DNA of 63,797 nt, counting the filler, from Reticulomyxa filosa (taxonomy: Eukaryota > Protista > Foraminifera), in the NCBI GenBank assembly GCA_000512085.1. It is 18 parts of 18 records of this genome, joined end to end, with 100 filler letters (N's around TTAATTAATTAA, not from the genome) between each part and the next. Parts side by side here need not be neighbours in the genome. Positions count along the whole stretch, not along the records: positions 1 to 1,761 come from ASPP01010141.1; positions 1,862 to 11,524 come from ASPP01004733.1; 16 more parts are not named here. One strand, written 5' to 3'. The position numbers were made by a program, and so were the translations under genes. The notes beneath the pieces were generated by a model. It ran no database searches and was not told the DNA's origin. It saw only the letters and a program-made list of their open reading frames with translations. Below, one piece after another: positions 1-11,271 of this stretch; within the stretch, counting starts at the first letter, position 1, and every line of letters begins with the position of its first letter.

Positions 1-98
1 CTTTGCCAGGGGTGTTTTCGTTGCCATTGCTTGATGCTATTCGATTATGGCGCGTAAACTGCAGCTGCCCGCATGTGCGGGTAACTCAACTTTCGCCC

Positions 99-408
99 AT
101 GAAACAGCACATCCTGGCCGTTCTGGCCATCCTACCCATTACCCTTTTTGCCGCTGACTTACCCGTTCCTCTTGAAGAAGGGGCAGGCCTACCAGGCGGC
201 CCAAGCCGGCGCTACTTGCTGCCGGTTGGAGGGTAATCGACTTCGCAGCCGAGCAAGAATCCCGGAAATCCGCTATTGCCAGCAAGGCGGGGTTGGCCGC
301 TGCGGCATTTCCCTGACCGATGGCACCGGCAAATACCTGAACATCGAAACCAGCAATGATGGCTATGCGGTGCTTTCTTGGAAGGTAACCAGCAAGCTGC
401 CGCAGTAA
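99..408 (+). CDS. Small secreted hypothetical protein, frameshifted
   Basis: ATG at 99 gives signal-peptide-like MKQHILAVLAILPITLFAAD. The reading appears to continue in ORF 148..408 (..PEIRYCQQGGVGRCGISLTD..WKVTSKLPQ). Confidence 0.4.
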
Positions 409-627
409 TCAGGCCGCCTGCGGTTCCTCTTCATCATCGGCGCACTGCAGGTCGATGCGATCCGCCCACCACTGCATCATGTCGCGTCGCTCGGGCATGT
501 ACTGCGCATGGTTATAGCTTGCTCGCGTGGTATTGCGGTCGGTGTGCGCCAGCTGCATTTCGATGACTTCGCCCCGGTACCGGCCCGACTCATATAGGCG
601 TGTTAACGGTTTAACAATCTGGGCCAC
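409..627 (-). pseudogene. C-terminal fragment of P4-like tyrosine integrase
   Basis: IEMQLAHTDRNTTRASYNHAQYMPERRDMMQWWADRID matches the P4-family C-terminus (LAH..R.AYN.A.Y..ER..MMQ.WAD, containing the catalytic Tyr). The N-terminal bulk is absent, and it lies just 3' of a tRNA. Confidence 0.85.
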
Positions 628-867
628 GGATTAACAGCGGTTTAACAGCGATGGTCGAGCAATTACGGAGACTCCCTGAGGCGCGGATAGACCGGGAAGA
701 ACCTGATAAAACCTGAAATGGCGATACGCGGGGTATCTTGCGGCTGGGTGCTAAACAGGGCGTGGGGTTGAGGTGCCAGCCTGTTAGTAAAAGCTAGTAC
801 CGCGTGCTCAGTAGGTGGGGTAGATGTTGAGAAATGTTGAGGTCTCAGCAGCCGAAATTCATCCTGC

Positions 868-886
868 TGCCTACATGGTGCCTACA
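868..886. repeat. Short direct repeat TGCCTACA-N3-TGCCTACA, possible integrase arm-type site
   Basis: Two perfect 8-mers (868-875, 879-886) about 60 nt from the tRNA 3' end. Confidence 0.4.
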
Positions 887-902
887 CGGCGAAAGGGGAA
901 AG

Positions 903-935
903 AAAAAGGACCTGCAGCATATGCTGCAAGTCCTT
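903..935 (-). terminator. Rho-independent terminator-like hairpin after the tRNA
   Basis: The minus strand reads AAGGACTTGCAGCATATGCTGCAGGTCCTT, a near-perfect inverted repeat running into a T tract. Confidence 0.7.
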
Positions 936-943
936 GTTTTCTT

Positions 944-972
944 TGGTGGGCCCCCCGGGAGTCGAACCCGGC

Positions 973-1004
<32 letters not shown>

Positions 1005-1022
1005 GGCATGAGCTAGAGGCCC
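944..1022 (-). tRNA. ileX: tRNA-Ile2 (anticodon CAT, lysidine type)
   Basis: The reverse complement GGGCCTCTAGCTCATGCCTGGTTAGAGCAGCGGACTCATAATCCGTTGGTGCCGGGTTCGACTCCCGGGGGGCCCACCA folds as a cloverleaf with CAT anticodon and CCA end. The GGGCC acceptor and position after rpoD favour Ile2 over Met. Confidence 0.9.
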
Positions 1023-1053
1023 TAGAGGGCGTCAATTATAGCAAATAAATGCT

Positions 1054-1761
1054 TTATTGGTTACCCGGTTCGTTATCGAGGAAGCTGCGCAGGCGCTCGG
1101 AACGGGTCGGGTGGCGCAGCTTGCGCAGCGCTTTGGCCTCGATCTGACGGATACGCTCGCGGGTAACGTCGAACTGTTTACCTACTTCTTCCAGCGTGTG
1201 GTCGGTGTTCATGTCGATACCGAAACGCATGCGCAGCACCTTGGCTTCGCGCGGGGTCAGCGAGTCCAGTACTTCTTTGGTGGCGTCGCGCAGGCTGGCG
1301 TACATGGCGGCTTCGGCCGGGGCTACGGTTACCGAGTCTTCGATGAAGTCGCCCAGGTGGCTGTCGTCGTCGTCGCCGATCGGGGTTTCCATCGAGATGG
1401 GCTCTTTGGAAAATCTTCATGATCTTGCGGATCTTGTCTTCCGGCATCTCCATCTTTTCGGCCAGTTCGGCCGGGTCCGGCTCGCGGCCGGTTTCCTGCA
1501 GGATCTGGCGGCTGATGCGATTCATCTTGTTGATGGTTTCGATCATGTGCACCGGAATACGGATGGTGCGCGCCTGGTCCGCGATGGAGCGGGTAATGGC
1601 CTGACGGATCCACCACGTGGCGTAGGTGGAGAACTTGTAGCCGCGACGGTATTCGAACTTGTCCACCGCCTTCATCAGGCCGATGTTGCTTCCTGGATCA
1701 GGTCGAGGAACTGCAGGCCGCGGTTGGTGTACTTTTTGGCGATGGAGATCACCAGACGCAG
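1054..1761 (-). CDS. rpoD: RNA polymerase sigma-70 factor RpoD, 3' part (two apparent homopolymer frameshifts near 1410 and 1690)
   Basis: [66 protein letters not shown] and [30 protein letters not shown]. Single-base indels restore QEGNIGL and KISKEPISM. Confidence 0.97.
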
Positions 1762-1861
1762 NNNNNNNNNNNNNNNNNNNNNNNNNNNNNNNNNNNNNNN
1801 NNNNNTTAATTAATTAANNNNNNNNNNNNNNNNNNNNNNNNNNNNNNNNNNNNNNNNNNNN
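1762..1861. other. Artificial contig-joining spacer (first of 17)
   Basis: Identical N44-TTAATTAATTAA-N44 (stops in all six frames) also starts at 11525, 16254, 18303, 19403, 21270, 33850, 34973, 37184, 38768, 43841, 44958, 52700, 54856, 56988, 59547 and 61554. Confidence 0.98.
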
Positions 1862-2949
1862 TACTGTAATAATGTGCCGTCAGATCTATTTTCCAGTATA
1901 ATGACTTTTTTTGCATTCATTTGGATTTGTTGTTGTTGATGTTCTTTAAATTTTACCAGGAATATGTATTATTTCTTATTTGTGAAAAAAAAAGAAATTT
2001 TTTGCATCTTTGAAAAAAAGATATCAAAATAGGAAAAATTGTTTCGGTGAAGCAAATAAAATTATTAATTTTGGCACCAAAACCATTATTAACTGATATA
2101 AGAGAAAAAAGTACAAGATAAAATAAGTTAAATGCTGCTAATTTCGCGAACAGAGCTACAAGCGTTTTTTCATATGTATTGGTGATCGTTCAAATTTTTT
2201 TATATATAATCTTTTGAAAGATATGTAGTGCAATGCCCTACTAATTACAGTAGAAGCTTCATATGAACAAGGGAACCCTTTTTTCCTCAACAACCTTCAC
2301 TGTCTTTCTTCTTTCACTTTTCTGTTTTCTTATTTCTTGTCAGTGAGTTGTTTATCTTGATTATTTAATTACTTTTATTTGCCTTTTGAAAACATCTTTC
2401 AGTAATTACTTTCTTATTACACTTGGTGCTACCTCAATCTTCATACAGATATATACTATTATCTCTATTTTATGAACGAAAACACCAAAAAAATATTATT
2501 ATAAATTAAGTGATCAAAAAGATGTTGTTTCAAGCAATAAAAAGTGTTATACTGTTATTAGTTGTACGGCAAATCAAAGTTACATTTTTAAATCTAGATG
2601 TAAATTTGTTTATTTTTCAATACTACAATTACATAGTCATGTAAATATTCTTTTTCATTTCGTCACACTTGTGCATATTTTCTTTTGCTTTGTTTGTGAA
2701 AGCATCTTCTTTCTTAACAAAATTATATTTCTCATTAGCAAAATGTACGTTCAATAATCGAATTTCTTCATTTAAATTAAAATTTGCCCGTTTGATAAAT
2801 ATTGCAAATCTTTTATTTGTCTATTGCGTTGTTCTCACACATTATACATGTTTATATTTTCGTTCTTCTTTTCTAATTATATTCATAATATAGCTGTTCT
2901 GTCAGTTGAACATGATACAATAAATTGATTTCTTGTATAAAATTATATA

Positions 2950-3140
2950 CGAAATATCAGTCATTCATGCACTTTTAATTATATCAATATATTGTCTGTT
3001 TTTGCACATTATATATAAATTGTTGTATATGACGAAAAATCTATATTGAGCAACTGCGTGAATGTCCTTCAAATTTTAGCAGTTCTTTTACTGATTTCAC
3101 GTTACACAATCGTGCAGTTTTATCGGACTAACATGACATA
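2950..3140 (-). pseudogene. Degenerate WD40-repeat remnant
   Basis: Minus-strand translation SC*SDKTARLCNVKSVKELLKFEGHS is a decayed WD40 unit with a stop. Boundaries are approximate. Confidence 0.55.
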
Positions 3141-3981
3141 AGTAACTCAACATATGTGGAAAAATTTATGTAGATTATAAAACATACACGCTTTGTTAAT
3201 TCATATGTTGTCACAATTTTTTTCCAATGTTAGCATGTGCCATACTCAACTTTATACCATCTTTCTGAAATCACCACTCAAGTGACTCCATGCATGATCG
3301 ACACATATAGTTTGTTTTGATATTCAATATTTCGATTTTTTTTTTTGCAAATACAAGCATTTAACCATTTGATGATACCATTACTCCGCCATATCATCAC
3401 TTGCAGATAGTCTTTATTAATCTATACTTCTATATATATAGATACAATTTATTTGTCAATATATAATATAGAAAAAAACTAATTGTTTAACAATTATGTC
3501 AATGTCAGAAGTCCGTCCAAAATTTAGTTGTGGTTGTTGGAGCTAGTCTTGGCAGTCATTTTGATTTTGCTTGTTGTTAAATGTAGCACTGCATTATCTT
3601 TTATGTTAGTAGTCGTTTCTAGTAGTAAAAAACAACCTTTTTTTGGTATACGTTCAAATGCTCCTTGAAAAAGTCGAAAGTACAAAAAAAGTGTTGAAAG
3701 TTGATCTAGTGTATTTTAAAAACGATATTTGACATAATCAAAAAAGATTGTCTGACCCATTTTATGTCAACGCGATATAGATTAAGTGTAAGTCTTAGTT
3801 TCTTCACTTGCAGCAGTTATTTGTGCAATACGTTTTTTAATATTGAATTTCTATGAAATAGCCGATACAACCAAAAAAGATGGTGTGCTCTGAATTTTGA
3901 TCGTGCAAATAACTTTCAAGCTCAAACTTCAAAAAGATCTCTGCTAGAGATCGGTTATCTTTTAGCTTTCAAAAGAAACAA

Positions 3982-5533
3982 ATGGACACATTAATAGAAG
4001 AATTTCAGAGTATAAGTCCACCTGACGTTACTGCCTTGTACTACAGATATGCAAACGAAATCGTAAACACTGTACTTCTTCAACGCAAAAGTATAGCTAA
4101 ATATTGTGACATGTATGGAGTTACATTATCCGGGTGTGTACAAAAACAGCTTGCTATTCCTCATTTATCTTGTGGGTATTTAGTATTCCTATATTATTTA
4201 AAAGAAAAACAACTGAGAGACAATTTTAAATCGCTGCAAACAAAACATAAGAATATTCTCAAGCAAATTCAAAAATGCGTCAAAAACGAAACAACAACTA
4301 AAAACGAAATAAAAATACTGAGACATTCAAAACCACCATTGAGAATAAAGTGGAAAGGATTTGAGTATCACATTGTAATTGCTTGGACTTTTTGGAAACG
4401 ACAATATTGTTCGTTTCACTACACTCAAAACAATGTTCATGTGTATCCATTTTCTCCAGAGCAATTACAAATAGCTGCCAATGATTTGATTGAGGAAGCA
4501 TCAATTCATCAAAGATATATTCGAAAGATGGGTAGAGCACACGGACAATTGAAGAGCTTTTTTGGAAAAAAATATGTGTGCTTCACTGTCATTGCTTCGA
4601 GTATATTATATGAGAGAAGAATTGGTTGGAAAGAACACCCGATTAGCAATATTGTATTTGAAATTATGGCAACACGTTACAATGAAAGTTCAATCGCACC
4701 TTTCAAACAATTCTTTGGAGGTTATTTGTGCCCATTTGTTTTATAAACAGAAAAGGATACGTCAACAAGCTAATACTCCAATTTCTGTATTTGATATTAT
4801 TCGACAATTTTTTGAGTTAATAATGCAAATCAAGAGAAGTACTGATAGAACTTGGGTCATTGACTGGCCGTATCGACGAAGCAAATTCCAATGTTTGGTC
4901 TCAGCTCATGACATCGATTATTATAAAAGACAACCTAAGCACGGCGATATTGTAATTTTGGATAATCTAATTATACGTTAAAACGCAAAAAAAAAAAAAA
5001 AACACACAAAGGAAAAAATTGTTTTTGGGCTGATGTGTACAACATTACAGAAAAGCTGAAACGCAAAGATCTGTTTGATGTGGATGAAGATGCGTTGAAT
5101 CATATCAATGATAATCTATTCATGCAATCTGTTGATTTGATTTTCGCTTCTTTCAGTTTTTTTTTTGTTATTGCACTTTTGTTGGATCCTTTCCCAAAAT
5201 GATCCTCCTTTTTTTTTTTTTTTTGCAAAACAAAAAAAAAGGATACGTAGACGCTCAACTAAAATAAATACATGCCGGATAGGACGTGAATTAGAAGTGA
5301 ACCGTACCGACTTCTATGATCATTCGACAACAGCCAATGTCGCCGAGCGCCAAATGCGATCAAATGAATTGTATCAAGGCAATGATGAAGACGAAAAGTC
5401 GGACCAGATACAACAAAACACAACAGTGGATGTGAGGGTCTGCATGGTTTTCAGTGAGCCTGACCAGAGAGGTACTTATTCCTTGGACCGTTACCATGCA
5501 TACCTTGAATCGTCTAAAAAAACCGCATTGTGA
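3982..5533 (+). CDS. OAS-fold (2'-5' oligoadenylate synthetase-like) protein, copy 1; catalytic Asp residues absent
   Basis: Core 3982-4978 joins ORFs 3982..4746 and 4562..4981 through a one-base shift in a T run near 4560. Motifs: SGCVQKQLAIPHLSCGYLVF, FEYHIVIAW, YLKLW, SNNSLEVIC, VIDWP, IVILD. Probable further exons at about 5012-5130 and 5241-5533. Confidence 0.7.
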
Positions 5534-7078
5534 AATTATTCTTTACATTATCAAATGCTTTCACTTCGAATTTCATTACTAAAAATCTACTTTTTCCAAT
5601 TACCAGCTCTGTTGTGACTATCATTCGAAATTTCGACAGAGCACAATTTTTGTCTCAAATCAAACATTTTTATTTTTTTGTTTTAATACTAAAAATATAT
5701 TGAAATTTGTACTTTTTAAAGCCCAACTGGGATGACATTTTTTTCTTTGTTTTTTCCTCTTTTCGCTTTTTTTTCTCCTTTTACATTTTCCTTTGTTTTT
5801 TTCTCTTTTTGCTTTTTTTTAATAATTTTTCGACGGATAAATGGACGTGAGTGATTTTTGTTTGGAAATAATGTTTGTATATTTTGTGTTCGGTTATTTT
5901 TTTCCTCCTTTCTATCGTTTTGTGTAAACGCAAGAAACTTCTTCTACTTTAACGACAATGTTTTTTAATTGTCAATAAAAAATGCTTTACGTTTTCTAAT
6001 GGTACAAATCAACACGTTTTTTTTTTGGGCAGTTAGAAATGATTTTTTATGTTTACAAAAGGTGTGGAAGAATATTGATCGTTTGTTGACACCAAAAGAG
6101 GTATAACGTCTCAGCCGGCAAACACAAACATACTGCTGTGAGCATTTTACTATATTAATAAAAAAAAATGCGCTTATTGAATGCAAGACGGATGAAACAA
6201 TGCCAAAAATTGTCTAAAATGAATACTTAAAGATTTTCTGTATGAAAATCGACACTTTTGAAATTTTTTTTGGACGATATCTACATTCACACGAATAAAA
6301 TATTTCGTTGTAAATTGTAGAAAAAGATAAAAAAAACGTTGATATTTGTTTCAATTTTTCCATTCAGACTTACAAAGGTAAGAATCTTACCCGTTTATTT
6401 TGATCAATTCTTTTTGAAGCCAATGTTTATTGTTTTGTTAATTCAGTATTTTATCGTAGTCACTAGACACTAATCCAATATTTCATTTTTTGTTTTCAAC
6501 AGCGAAAAATTTTTTTTATACACATTCTCATCAGAACTACTAAAGTAATTGTCGGTGAAGATATTAAATTAAAGAGAGGAGAGGGCTAGCATTCCAAAAA
6601 AGAAAAGAGCGTCTCATTGTGTTCATCAAATCCTTAGGGTTTGGTGCACAGTAGTGAGATGAAGTGCTTCATATAACATATATAATGTCACTCAGGACAA
6701 GACTGATGATCTTGCACTTTTGCAAGAATCTATATTGAATTTTTAAAAGTTAATGTTGTTATTTATTGTATCCATTAATGTGTGATGGCTTGTGTGAGTT
6801 TAGTTGGATTTTCTTTTTTTAGTTATGACACAGGATGTACTCTTAAATTTTATCTTACAAACAACCTGGATGAGTGTAAAGAAGCAGTCGAATATAGTAT
6901 ATCAAAAGTCATATTTGGCAAAAATGTAAAAGTGAATTATCAAAAAAAAGAGATTTTAGGAAAAGACACGCCAGCCGTAAAGATAGTCAAACTTATTATT
7001 TTTGTTTCGAAATCCGAGTATCGCACCAATAGAATTGACGAGACAAGCAATCCCGCTAAAAAACTTAAAAAAATATTT

Positions 7079-7527
7079 TTATTCATTGCAAACTTGGCAT
7101 TGTTGAATTGGAAAACAATAAAAGTAGTAAACATTGATAACACGCCCATTAGCTTTATTTTTTCTGTGAAACATTTTGAATTTGGATTTGGGATGTCTAG
7201 AGATGCGCATAATTCTTTCACAAGTACGCAAATCTACTGGACGACGCTCTCGATCTAAATATACAACATAAAATTCAGAAGCAGTGAACCATCTCTTGTT
7301 AAATTCATTTTCACAAATGCAAGCTATCATATCCACGATTGTGTATTGTTTTGTGTCTTCGCTTTCACTGTTTGACGAATCAGAACGGGGTGAATCTAAC
7401 ACAATTGAATTTATTGAGACTTTTGTTTGAATCTTTCCACGCACAGAAATTTCTGTCGATATAACTGGGCGTTGTTTTGAAGTTTTTTGATGTTTCTTAT
7501 CAGAGTCACTTTTATAACAACTTTCTA
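7079..7527 (-). CDS. Exon with Ser-rich linker and winged-helix-like segment; possibly the last exon of OAS-like copy 2
   Basis: Open frame ending TIVDMIACICENEFNKRWFTASEFYVVYLDRERRPVDLRTCERIMRISRHPKSKFKMFHRKNKANGRVINVYYF. Same strand as, and directly downstream of, copy 2, and preceded by an AG acceptor. Confidence 0.4.
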
Positions 7528-7629
7528 TTCATTATCATTTCAAACACACAACAAAAAGTGCTTTAGTCTTTAGAAATGGACACAATAGCATAGGAGGGAA
7601 GAAAAAAAAAGAAAACTGAAAGAATCTAC

Positions 7630-9293
7630 GATAAGTTCGATAAATTGAATTGTTTTGTCGTTGTTAATAATTTCCGATGAAGCTTCACATGCATCAGACA
7701 GATCTTTCCAATGTCTAAATTTCCTTTCCCCATTTCCTGCAAATATTGCATATGTAACACACACTTCAATATAAAAGTTGTTTTTTTCTCTTTTGTCTTT
7801 TACCACCTCTTAACGTATAATGAAACTATCCAAAATTACAATATTGCCGGGCTCGAGGCTTTGTTTGTAATCGTTGATATCTTTAGGTTCAACCAAATAT
7901 TGAAATTGGTTTTGCTGATACGGCCACTCAATTATTAGTGATTATATTTTTTTGTCGTTCATCAACGTTATCGACTCCGTTATTTTTTCAAAAAATTGTC
8001 GAATGATGTCAAATGCTAGAATAGGGGTATTGGATTGATATGTCTTTAACTGTTCGAATAAATGAGCACAAATTATTTCCAAAGAGTTATTCGAAAGGTG
8101 TTGCTTACCTTTCATTGCAGTATATTGCCACAGTTTCAAAAACAATACTGCCAATCGAGTGTTTTTTCCAACCAATTCCTCTCTCATGTAATACACTCGA
8201 AGTAATGATAATGATGCACTCATGTTCTCTTCTAAAAAATTTTTCCATTGTTCATTCGCCTTCTCAATATGTCTTTGATGTATTGGCGCTTCATCAATCA
8301 AATCATTGGCAGCCATTTGTAATTGCTCCATTGAAAATGGATGTACATGAACATTGTGTTGGATGTAATGAAATTCACAATATTGTCTTTTTGAAAATGT
8401 CCATGCTATTGCAATATGATATTCCACTCCTTTCCATTTCATTTTCAAGATTGATCTTGAGTGCTCCAATATTTGTATTTTATTTGTGCGAAGCTCTCTT
8501 TTTATTTGTTCAATGGATTGTTTGATCCACTTGGAAATATCTTCATGTTTATTTTGGAGTAAGCCAAGATTATTATGGTCCAAATGCTTTTCTTTCAAAT
8601 GATATAAGAATACCAAATACCCACAAGATAATTTGGGAATGGCAAGTTGTTTTTGTACACATCCAGATAATGTCACTCCATAAATACACGAAAATTGACA
8701 TTTTTTGTCATAATCTCTACTTTCTCTGTATTTGTCCAATATGCTATTTATAAAATCATTTGCGAGCACATAATATAGGTTAATGTCGTCAATTGAGATT
8801 ATTTCTTGGAGTTTATGTTCAAGTGAGATCTGGAAACCCGAACTGTCTGTTTCCTGTCCAAAAAAGCGACTCTATTTTTAAAATTTTTTTATTTGAAGAT
8901 ATTTTATTAATGTTGTTAAATACTTTTTGTTCGGATCAGAAACAAAGGCTTTGTCAAATACTTAACATATTTTAACACAATCTTGTTAAGTTCATTGGCC
9001 CATACCATTTTAACATTTGCAAGCCGAAGCCAATGTTCAATTATTTGATTGACTTTTTTCCCTGTCTTTTTTTAAAACATTTCTTTCGCTTGTGCAGTTG
9101 TTAATGGGGACAAGTTTTTACCATAGTGAGTGAGTGTAGATTTTTCATTCCGGCTACGTTTTAAGTGCTCTTGATTGAATTTCAGCTGCCAAAAAAAAAG
9201 TTGAACTTTAGACCTGTCCCCAAAACGGACACGTTTTAGTGGTACAAAGAACACCATTTTTTCACTTGAGTTAAAATTATTAGCATCGGCCAT
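7630..9293 (-). CDS. OAS-fold protein, copy 2 (spliced; in-frame TAA at 7942-7944, so possibly a pseudogene)
   Basis: Core exon 8871-7814 is highly similar to copies 1 and 3. The frame continues past the TAA as SLIIEWPYQQNQFQYLV..GNIVILDSFIIR. A GT-AG intron at 8966-8872 joins the upstream exon IIEHWLRLANVKMVWANELNKIVLKY in phase. Downstream exon KFRHWKDLSDACEAS. Confidence 0.65.
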
Positions 9294-10031
9294 TTAATAT
9301 CAAGAAACTGTTATTGTTTGCGAAAATAGACAGCTGTATTTTTAAAATAAAACTGTGAAAACAATCAATTTATGGAATAATAAAGGTCTCGATTTGTTAA
9401 GGGAAAAAGGTAATTAAAATTTGTACGTAAAATTGCATAAATAGAAAATATCATCATTTTCTATTGTGGAACGTCTGCTGATAGTATTAGTGCACTAACT
9501 GTAATACGATAGGTGTTTACTTAAAAGAGAATAGGAGTTTTCATAAAACGAAAGTAAATTAAATAATAAAACAAAATAACAAAAGGAAAGTAAAGAAAAG
9601 TAACAAAGTAAAAAGTAAGTTGTTGAAGAAGTTTAACCTACTGGGATTCCTCCGTTCCCTTGATGTTAAGATCTTATAATAGGGACTTGCTTACTATATT
9701 TTTTTGAATACTGTAGTCTGCAATGATATTGTTTAACAGAGTACTTTTCAAAGTTTATTGGGAATATAATTTAAAACGAAGTCTTTGACTAAACTCATTT
9801 CCCAGATCGTCCTAGTGTATTTTCTCCTTTAATGCATTTGACTTTCTTCTTGACAGTGTTTTTTTGCAAAATAAAAGTTGCATAATTTGTAGATTTTAAA
9901 AAATTTTGGAGCAATATTTTTTACATTTTGAAAATTTTGAAAAAAATATTTATGATTTTTCACGTGTTTCTATAAAATTGCGTTCTGCGGGAATTCATTT
10001 GATCTTAATTCGGCTTTCACAAATCCAAAAG

Positions 10032-11152
10032 ATGTCGGACGAAAAGCAAGGGATTATTTCACAATGCCACGCCAATTTGGAAGAGACTCTTGGAAAAGTG
10101 ATTTCCTCTGACGCTGTTGCTTTGTACTACAAATACGCTAATGAATTTGTGAACAGTTTTTTGCGCAAAACAACGATTCAAGACTATGGCATTTATGGTG
10201 TAGCATTATCTGGACATGTACAAAAACAACTTGTCATTCCTGGAGTATCTTATGGGTATTTAATATTTTTTTATCATGTAATTCAAAAAGAGCTTGACGA
10301 CCTTGAACCGTTTCAAACAAAGTATTATACAATTCTGGAGAAGATTGAAACACACATTAAAGAGATAATGAGTATTGGCGTTAAAGTAGAAATACTAAAT
10401 CGTTCAAAGTCATCATTGAGAATAAAATGGAAAGAGTTTGAATATCACATAGCAATAGCTTGGACATTTTCGAAAAGACAATATTGTTCATTCCATTATA
10501 CTGAAGAGAATGTGCATGTGTATCAATTCTCTCCAAAGCAATTGCAAGATGCTGCCAATAATTTGACTGAAGAAGCGAAAACTCATCGAATATTTATTGA
10601 GAACGCGGGTAAGCAGTGGAAAAGATTTTTCAAAAAGAACACGGAGGCGTCATTGTCATTACTTCGAGTGTATCATATGAGAGAGGAATTGATTGGAAGG
10701 AATGCTCGATTGGCAGTGGTGTATTTGAAATTGTGGCAGCGTGCTCAAATGAAAGATAGACAACATCTCTCGACCAATTCTTTGGAGGTTATTTGCACTT
10801 ATTTGTCAAAAACGCGTGAGTCCAATGCTTTTGTTCCTACACAAGAGATTATTAAAAATTTTTTCAAATTGATGCAAATCAACAAAGACAATAAGCCAAA
10901 GATAATCAAATCGCCATATCTAATAAGCAAATTGGACGGGATCGAGTGTAATTCCGACAATATAGTAATTCTGGATTATCTTTACGCACGTTAAAAAAAA
11001 TAATGATGGAATAAATACCACTAGATTTGTGTATACGTGTCGTGTACACAATGATATAGAAAAGTTAGAAAAGAAATTCCGATGGAAACATTTGTCTGCT
11101 GCGTGTAGAAAGTCATTGAAAATTAGCAAGACAACTGCATTTGAACATCCTT
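10032..11152 (+). CDS. OAS-fold protein, copy 3 (core uninterrupted); catalytic Asp residues absent
   Basis: ORF 9906..10994 has SGHVQKQLVIPGVSYGYLIFF, FEYHIAIAW, ASLSLLRVYHMRE, YLKLW, STNSLEVIC and IVILD. Downstream segment KFRWKHLSAACRKSL is homologous to copy 2. Confidence 0.75.
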
Positions 11153-11271
11153 TAGTTTCCCTCAGTTTGTTTTATCAAAGAATTTTTTTTCAAATAGTAC
11201 AAAAAAACCGTACACAATTTTAAAAAACTCAGTACAATTAAAAAAAAAAACTTTTTTTTAAGTATCGTCAG

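Larger units (their letters stand above)
1..1761. other. Bacterial contig (likely betaproteobacterium) within an otherwise eukaryotic assembly
   Basis: GC-rich and intronless, with rpoD, a CCA-ending tRNA and an integrase relic. Ends at the first artificial spacer. Confidence 0.9.

Noticed and set aside
1054-1761. rpoD pseudogene or programmed frameshifting
   Set aside because: Both shifts are single-base indels in short homopolymers of an essential gene; sequencing error is the simplest explanation, and similar shifts occur throughout the window.
824-1813. Plus-strand ORFs over the tRNA and rpoD
   Set aside because: They are antisense shadows of real minus-strand features.
7942-7944. Stop-codon reassignment (TAA read as sense)
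   Set aside because: TAA ends genes correctly elsewhere (e.g. after CYLL at 26587 and IHIWG at 53124). A single in-frame TAA is better explained by mutation or error.
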